DNA from: Octopus bimaculoides
Taxonomy: Eukaryota
Assembly: GCF_001194135.2 (NCBI RefSeq)
Contig: NC_068991.1
Span: 69,749,454 to 69,795,447 of the forward strand
Length of the DNA: 45,994 nucleotides
Reading direction: 5' to 3'
The notes below the pieces were generated by a model. That model saw only the letters and a list, made by a program, of their open reading frames with translations, was not told the DNA's origin and did no database searches. Position numbers and translations under genes: made by a program. Shown in pieces: positions 39,266 to 45,994 of the stretch. Position 1 is the first letter of the stretch, and every line of letters begins with the position of its first letter.

Positions 39266-39678
39266 TACTCTTTTATTTGTTTCAGTCATTTGACTGTGGC
39301 CATGCTGGAGCACCGCCTTTAGTCGTGCAAATCGACCCCAGGACTTATTCTTTGTAAGCCTAGTACTTATTCTATCAGTCTCTTTTGCCGAACCGCTAAT
39401 TTATGGGGACGTAAACACACCAGCATCGGTTGTCAAGCGATGTTGGAGGTACAAGCAAGACACACAAACACAAACACACACACACACATACACACACGCA
39501 CACACACACATATATATATACGACGGGCTTCTTTATGTTTCCGTCTACCAAATCCACTCACGAGGCTTTGGTCGGCCCGAGGCTATAGCAGAAGACACTT
39601 CCCCAAGGTGCCACGCATTGGGACTGAACTAGGAACCATGTAGTTCATTAGCAAGCTACTTACCACACACCCACTACT
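39266..39678 (-). mobile_element. SINE family A, full length
   Basis: Reverse complement of the 22472 copy over its whole length. Confidence 0.92.
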
Positions 39679-40087
39679 GATTATATACTTTGTATTTAAT
39701 TGAATATTGTAATTAGTTTGCTGCCAGTGCAATATCTAAGTAAATAATCAACCAACCGCTTCATTGATCTATAGCGAATTGTTCATACAAATACAAAGGT
39801 ATAACGAAATTTAGCCAGGAGTAAATAACCGACTTGAAATATAAAACAATCAGCTTTGTTTCCTTTCTATCGCTTTTGTTATAACTCATTTACGCTAACG
39901 TCCATTACAAATTGTCAATCGAGCTATGCAACCTCAACGTGGTTGGTCAGTCAATTATCAAAGAAATAGGAAACAGTATTGAAAGATAGAAATCTATTGA
40001 AATAGTAAGTAGAGTACTAACGTATGTATCTATGTGTATATGTCTGTATGTAGGTATGCATGTATGTTTGTATGTATGTGTGTTTGT

Positions 40088-40379
40088 GTGGAGGCGCAAT
40101 GGCCCAGTGGTTAGGGCAGTGGACTCGCGGTCATAGGGTCACGGTTTCGATTCCCAGATCGGGCGTTGTGAGTGTTTATTGAGCGAAAACACCTAAAAAA
40201 GCTCCACAAGGCTCCGGCAAGGGATGGTGGCGAACCCTGCTGTACTCTTTCACCACAACTTTCTATCACTCTTTCTTCCTGTTTCTGTTGTGCCTGTAAT
40301 TCAAAGGGTCAGCCTTGTCACACTGTGTCACACTGAATATCCCCGAGAACTACGTTAAGAGTACACGTGTCTGTGGAGT
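40088..40379 (+). mobile_element. SINE family C, running into an N gap
   Basis: Same head as 38967; continues to ccccgagaactacgttaagagtacacgtgtctgtggag. Confidence 0.88.
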
Positions 40380-41257
40380 NNNNNNNNNNNNNNNNNNNNN
40401 NNNNNNNNNNNNNNNNNNNNNNNNNNNNNNNNNNNNNNNNNNNNNNNNNNNNNNNNNNNNNNNNNNNNNNNNNNNNNNNNNNNNNNNNNNNNNNNNNNNN
40501 NNNNNNNNNNNNNNNNNNNNNNNNNNNNNNNNNNNNNNNNNNNNNNNNNNNNNNNNNNNNNNNNNNNNNNNNNNNNNNNNNNNNNNNNNNNNNNNNNNNN
40601 NNNNNNNNNNNNNNNNNNNNNNNNNNNNNNNNNNNNNNNNNNNNNNNNNNNNNNNNNNNNNNNNNNNNNNNNNNNNNNNNNNNNNNNNNNNNNNNNNNNN
40701 NNNNNNNNNNNNNNNNNNNNNNNNNNNNNNNNNNNNNNNNNNNNNNNNNNNNNNNNNNNNNNNNNNNNNNNNNNNNNNNNNNNNNNNNNNNNNNNNNNNN
40801 NNNNNNNNNNNNNNNNNNNNNNNNNNNNNNNNNNNNNNNNNNNNNNNNNNNNNNNNNNNNNNNNNNNNNNNNNNNNNNNNNNNNNNNNNNNNNNNNNNNN
40901 NNNNNNNNNNNNNNNNNNNNNNNNNNNNNNNNNNNNNNNNNNNNNNNNNNNNNNNNNNNNNNNNNNNNNNNNNNNNNNNNNNNNNNNNNNNNNNNNNNNN
41001 NNNNNNNNNNNNNNNNNNNNNNNNNNNNNNNNNNNNNNNNNNNNNNNNNNNNNNNNNNNNNNNNNNNNNNNNNNNNNNNNNNNNNNNNNNNNNNNNNNNN
41101 NNNNNNNNNNNNNNNNNNNNNNNNNNNNNNNNNNNNNNNNNNNNNNNNNNNNNNNNNNNNNNNNNNNNNNNNNNNNNNNNNNNNNNNNNNNNNNNNNNNN
41201 NNNNNNNNNNNNNNNNNNNNNNNNNNNNNNNNNNNNNNNNNNNNNNNNNNNNNNNNN

Positions 41258-41289
<32 letters not shown>

Positions 41290-41319
<30 letters not shown>

Positions 41320-41487
41320 ACGACGGGCTTCTTTCAGTTTCCGTCTACCAAATCCACTCACAAGGCTTTGGTCGGCCCGAGGTTTATAGTAGAAGACACT
41401 TGCCAAATGTGCTGCGCAGTGGGATTGAACCCGGAAACATGTGGTTGGTAAGGAAGTTACTTACCACACAGCCACTCCTGCACCTAT
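41290..41487 (-). mobile_element. SINE family A, 5' half (remainder probably in the gap)
   Basis: cgacgggcttctttcagtttccgtctaccaaatccactcacaaggc...accacacagccactcctgcacctat. Confidence 0.88.
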
Positions 41488-42761
41488 AGTGTAAAAAGAA
41501 AAAAACATTACTGAAACACAAAAACGACCTCGCGGCCAAGTGGGTGGGATAGTCACTGAAAACGGTGCGATGGCGACAAAAGAACTTTGACGAACAACAA
41601 CAACAACAACAATAAAAAACGAAAAAGAAAAAAAATGATTGCCTGTTTGACCAACAAGTTAAACAAACGATCTATTACTTAGTTGGATTGATATATAACC
41701 AATTGATTAATAATAAAGAAGTTGAATTGTACCAGTGCGTGTGTTATCAATATTGGCGCAATGACTCTCCCAAGACACAGCAATGTATGTATGTTTGTAT
41801 GTATGTATGTATGTATGTATGTATGTATGTATGTGTTTGCCTCTTTAAAGCAACAGAGTCAGGGAGACGAAATACGATGTAATAGATTGAAAACAGTCAA
41901 TCTTTACGTCAGCATACATTTGTTATTGTCAAGGATTGTTACACAAGTTAAGAACGTCAGTTCAAATTTCTCTTACACCGTGGTCTGTTTGCTCATGTGT
42001 CCCCTTGAGTGATTAAATAATGCTAATTGATTTATTGAATAATAATAATAATAACAACAACAACAACAACAAAAAGCTCACGCTTTTGTATGTAATACAA
42101 TCTGTGTATGAGTAGTTTTAATATGTTCCGTATCAAGTTTACGCCTTCCTACCGCCTTAACCTATTTGTTGATCTTTCATTATTCATGCTGATACACATA
42201 TGAAATATTTATGACTCCCGACCTCCGAGACTGGACAGGCTGCCTTAAGAAGCAAAGATAACTAAAGAGAAAATAACTTCTTTCTGCGTCAAATATATCT
42301 CCTTTTCATTCCCATCTGCACATTTTCTCCACCTACCATCTTTCTTCTCTTTCTCTTTCCCTTTTCCCCTGTCTGCATCCTTCTCCTCTACGTTCTGTCT
42401 CCCTTCTGTTACTCTCTTTCTCTCTCCCTCCCAGATATTTTCATATTACACCCTGCTTCTTTCTAATACGGACTTGTCATCGATGCGTTTCTCCCTATCT
42501 ATCCCCCCCCCCCTTATACACGTTTAATCTCATCTCAGTCTCGATTTCCATCCTTCCCTTTGTTCTGTTTTTTTTAATTTTTTGTTTGTCTCTTTTTTGA
42601 TTCCCTTCTGCACACGGACACTAGATACTTCACATCTTCACTGAACAAAAATAACAATAACAAATATAACGCGAGTAACAATGATAACAACACAACAGCA
42701 ACAAAACACATACAAAAGAACAATAAACAACAATACCAGCAGGAACAATAACAGTAACATT

Positions 42762-42795
<34 letters not shown>

Positions 42796-43095
42796 ACAAC
42801 AGAATCAAACCCAGAAGAACGAAGCAGTTGACACAGGCGATATATTTAGTCATTCGGCGATTATTACAACAGTGTAAAAGTGTATTCTGATCTATGGATC
42901 TTGTCACTACATGCGTTACGTTGTATTCCCTTCGATGTTGGCGATCTCTGCTGATGCCGTGTCCCACACGATGCATTTATTCTGAACTGAACAAATACAA
43001 AATAAATGTATTTCTTATAATGAGAAGCGTTTCACGGTTTCTTGTGTAAATGATATAGTTGAATGTGTATAACAGCGTGTAGAAGTAGGAACTAT

Positions 43096-43165
<70 letters not shown>

Positions 43166-43196
43166 NNNNNNNNNNNNNNNNNNNNNNNNNNNNNNN

Positions 43197-43238
<42 letters not shown>

Positions 43239-44509
43239 CTTTCTTTCTACATAATATATAGCGTACATACGTACATGTACATATATACAGATACATAAAT
43301 ACATACACACGTATTAATATCTGTACCTATAAATAACTTGCGTGTACGTCACAGAGTTAATTAGAAGTAAATTAAATGGGAGGAAAGGAGAAAATTAGCT
43401 CAATAATATATTCTGCTCATGATGCTATGTATGTTAGACAACTCTGTAAATGTTTCGGCACCATTAGACCTCTTCAGAAAATTATGCATTTTCCTTACCT
43501 ATCCAGTTTGATGGGAGAATCGCAAACTAAATGAACAATGAAGTAAGTTAATCGATGTAAAATTAGCATATTTTAAAGATCAAATTACGCAAAGGAATTC
43601 AGGCAATATCTGTGTGAAGAAATTACAATTCGTTTTAAATATAATTTGATGCAATGTAATTAGAATACTTAAGGTATATATCGACGTTTAATATATTAGC
43701 TTAGCATCTCTTTAGACCACACTGTGCCGCGTACTAAAGAAATGTATTCGACTTGACCAAAGCTTGTATTGAAATCGTTCGAAATACTGTACGTTTCCTA
43801 TTGCAATGTAGGGGTGGGAAATGAAGTAAGGACCACTTTGCACTTCACTTCACAGATCTGTATTTTAGAGTTAATGTTTTTTGTTAAGAGGAAATGGAGA
43901 ATGATATCGGACTTTCTCAGATGTATAAAAAGATTTGGTACTTTTGCCAGGCACTGAAAGGAATCGCTACAGTAACAATTTTGCTTTGTGTAACTCACGT
44001 CTACTGTTGTTTGGTGGTTCAATTTATTAATGAGAATGTCTTGTTTGATCCTCAAATCTTTTATGTTGTATTCTATTGCCGCGGTGTAACAGTAAAGACT
44101 AGAGTGTGGCGATTCTCCAGCCCTCTTTATGAATTATGTATTTTTCTGCATGGGTTCGTTGATGCGACTACGTAGCCATATTCACTGCAGATATTCAGTA
44201 AACAACGTAGAACCTCGAACGTATATTTATGTTGCTGATAAGGGGCATGTCCAAAACTGCGATTAAATTCCTTTGTGCGAGATGAAATACTATTAATAAC
44301 ATCTAATATAGGAACAAGGACTAAAATCTATGGAAGTTAGTTGATGAAATCTATCCCCGTACTTTCATGATGTATCTCGTACTCCCTAGAGGCATAAAAA
44401 ACAAAGTTGATTTCAGTGGGATGTGAAATAAGAACAGAAAAAAACTACATAAAATATACTAAATCATGTTAACCAAACCTCTAAAGATTCTGCAATCCAA
44501 ATAATTTAT

Positions 44510-44513
44510 ATGA

Positions 44514-44576
<63 letters not shown>
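44510..44576. repeat. (AAT)n microsatellite
   Basis: About 22 units, abutting the LINE fragment. Confidence 0.98.
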
Positions 44577-44577
<1 letters not shown>

Positions 44578-45570
44578 TGTTTGATCCCCACAGTTTAGTA
44601 CTATGGGAGGCAAAGGCAGGGAGTCAGTTCAGAAATAGTAAGGGAAAATTTAACATTTTGCTCTATATGGATGATCTGAAGCATTTTAACAAGAATGAGA
44701 ATGAGATAGATTCCTTAATACAGACTGTAAGACTCTTCAGCAAAGATATAGGCACGGAATTTGGCATAGTAAAATGTGAAATATTAACCATGAGAATGGA
44801 ACAGGTAGTCAACAGAGAAGGCATCCAATTACCAGATGGCCAAATATTAAAATCATTGAAAAGAGGAGAGTTATGAGTATCTAGGAGTATTAGAATCTGA
44901 CAGGGTACTAACTATAGAAATTAAAACAAAAATTGAGAAGGGGTACATCAGAAGGGTGAGGAAGCTAATGAAGTCAAAACTAAATGGCCCGAATCTATTA
45001 AAGGTTGTAAATACTTGTGCAGTATCATTACTTAGATACTCAGCAGCTCTTGTAGATTGGACAAAAACTGAACAAGTAAATCCAGGCAGAAGAATTAGAA
45101 AGGGATTCAATATGAATGGAGGACTCTACCCAAGGGCAGGAGTAGCAAGACCATACGTACCTAGAAAGGAAGGCGGAAGATGGTTAATATCAGTAGAAGA
45201 CTGCGTGGAGTTAGCTAGATGAGATATAGACTACTACGAAGGTAACAGCGAAGAATGTTTATTAAAAGCTACTAGGGTGACAGCACGACATAAGAAAACC
45301 AAAACCCCAAATGAAGTTAAAAATCAGAAAAAGGAACAGAAATTGTCTGACAGGTAGGAGAAGGCGGTACATGGTAGATTCCCAAAGGTAGTTGCAACAA
45401 ATAGTAGTAGTGAGACACGGCTATGGTTGCGGAAAGGAAAGCTGAAGAGGGAGACAGAAAGTGTGTTACTAGCAGCACAGGATAAAGCATTAACGACTAA
45501 TTTGATACAAGTGAAGATAGACAAAAACCAAGTCTAATCTGCTGTTGTGTGTATATGAAAATAATAATAA
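44577..45570 (+). mobile_element. R4/Dong-clade LINE fragment (RT C-terminal half and thumb region), inactivated
   Basis: LLYMDDLKHF, EFGIVKC, RKLMKSKLNGPNL..VNTCAVSLLRYSA, YVPRKEGGRWLISVEDC and WLRKGKLKRETESVLLAAQDKAL in successive broken frames. Confidence 0.87.
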
Positions 45571-45994
45571 TTTTTAAGATGAGCACTAACGTAGAATTTG
45601 TTTTTTTATGGTGTGGGTAAAGTATACCATATTATATATATATATATATAAATTGTAAATCCAAAAGAAAAAAATAACAACAAAACTACAAAGGATTCCG
45701 CGGTACACGTGTTTCAAGCTCTACATGTGTATAATATAATATAACATAATATAATATAACATAATATAATATGTGTATAATCTACAATGTAAAGCTATCT
45801 TCAGCCGCAAAATTATCTCTCTCCCAGGAAATTATACCATCTCGACGTTGAAGTAAGAAGAAATGTGTGATGTAAGAGGTGAAGATCCTTTCGGTATTTT
45901 GTATAGTACTATATCTGTTATAATTCTCCACCCGGACATAATCTCTCCGGTCCTTCGAAAACCTTCCATACCTTGCGACGATTCAGTGTGTAGT

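Noticed and set aside
38967-40170. tRNA-like sequences with A and B boxes
   Set aside because: They continue into shared SINE bodies and lack a proper acceptor stem, so they are SINE heads rather than tRNA genes.

Overview
AT-rich eukaryotic draft-assembly sequence with many N gaps. It is dominated by microsatellites and decayed retroelements. The SINE repertoire is the one I associate with octopus genomes; this is recognition from memory, not a database result. I recognise no intact protein-coding gene, and nearly all long ORFs in the track are gap or microsatellite artefacts. Supportable content: about 25 tRNA-derived SINE copies in four families (labelled A-D here), a dead mariner transposase, two TA-flanked Tc1/mariner-type MITEs, two R4/Dong-type LINE RT fragments and a few fainter LINE remnants. 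The most unusual element is an isolated, GC-rich ~580 bp piece of 28S rRNA on the minus strand (about 15565-16145). It differs strongly from the metazoan consensus, yet several differences are compensatory base-pair changes, so it looks copied from a structurally constrained variant rRNA rather than randomly decayed. It is fused to a CR1-like endonuclease remnant.
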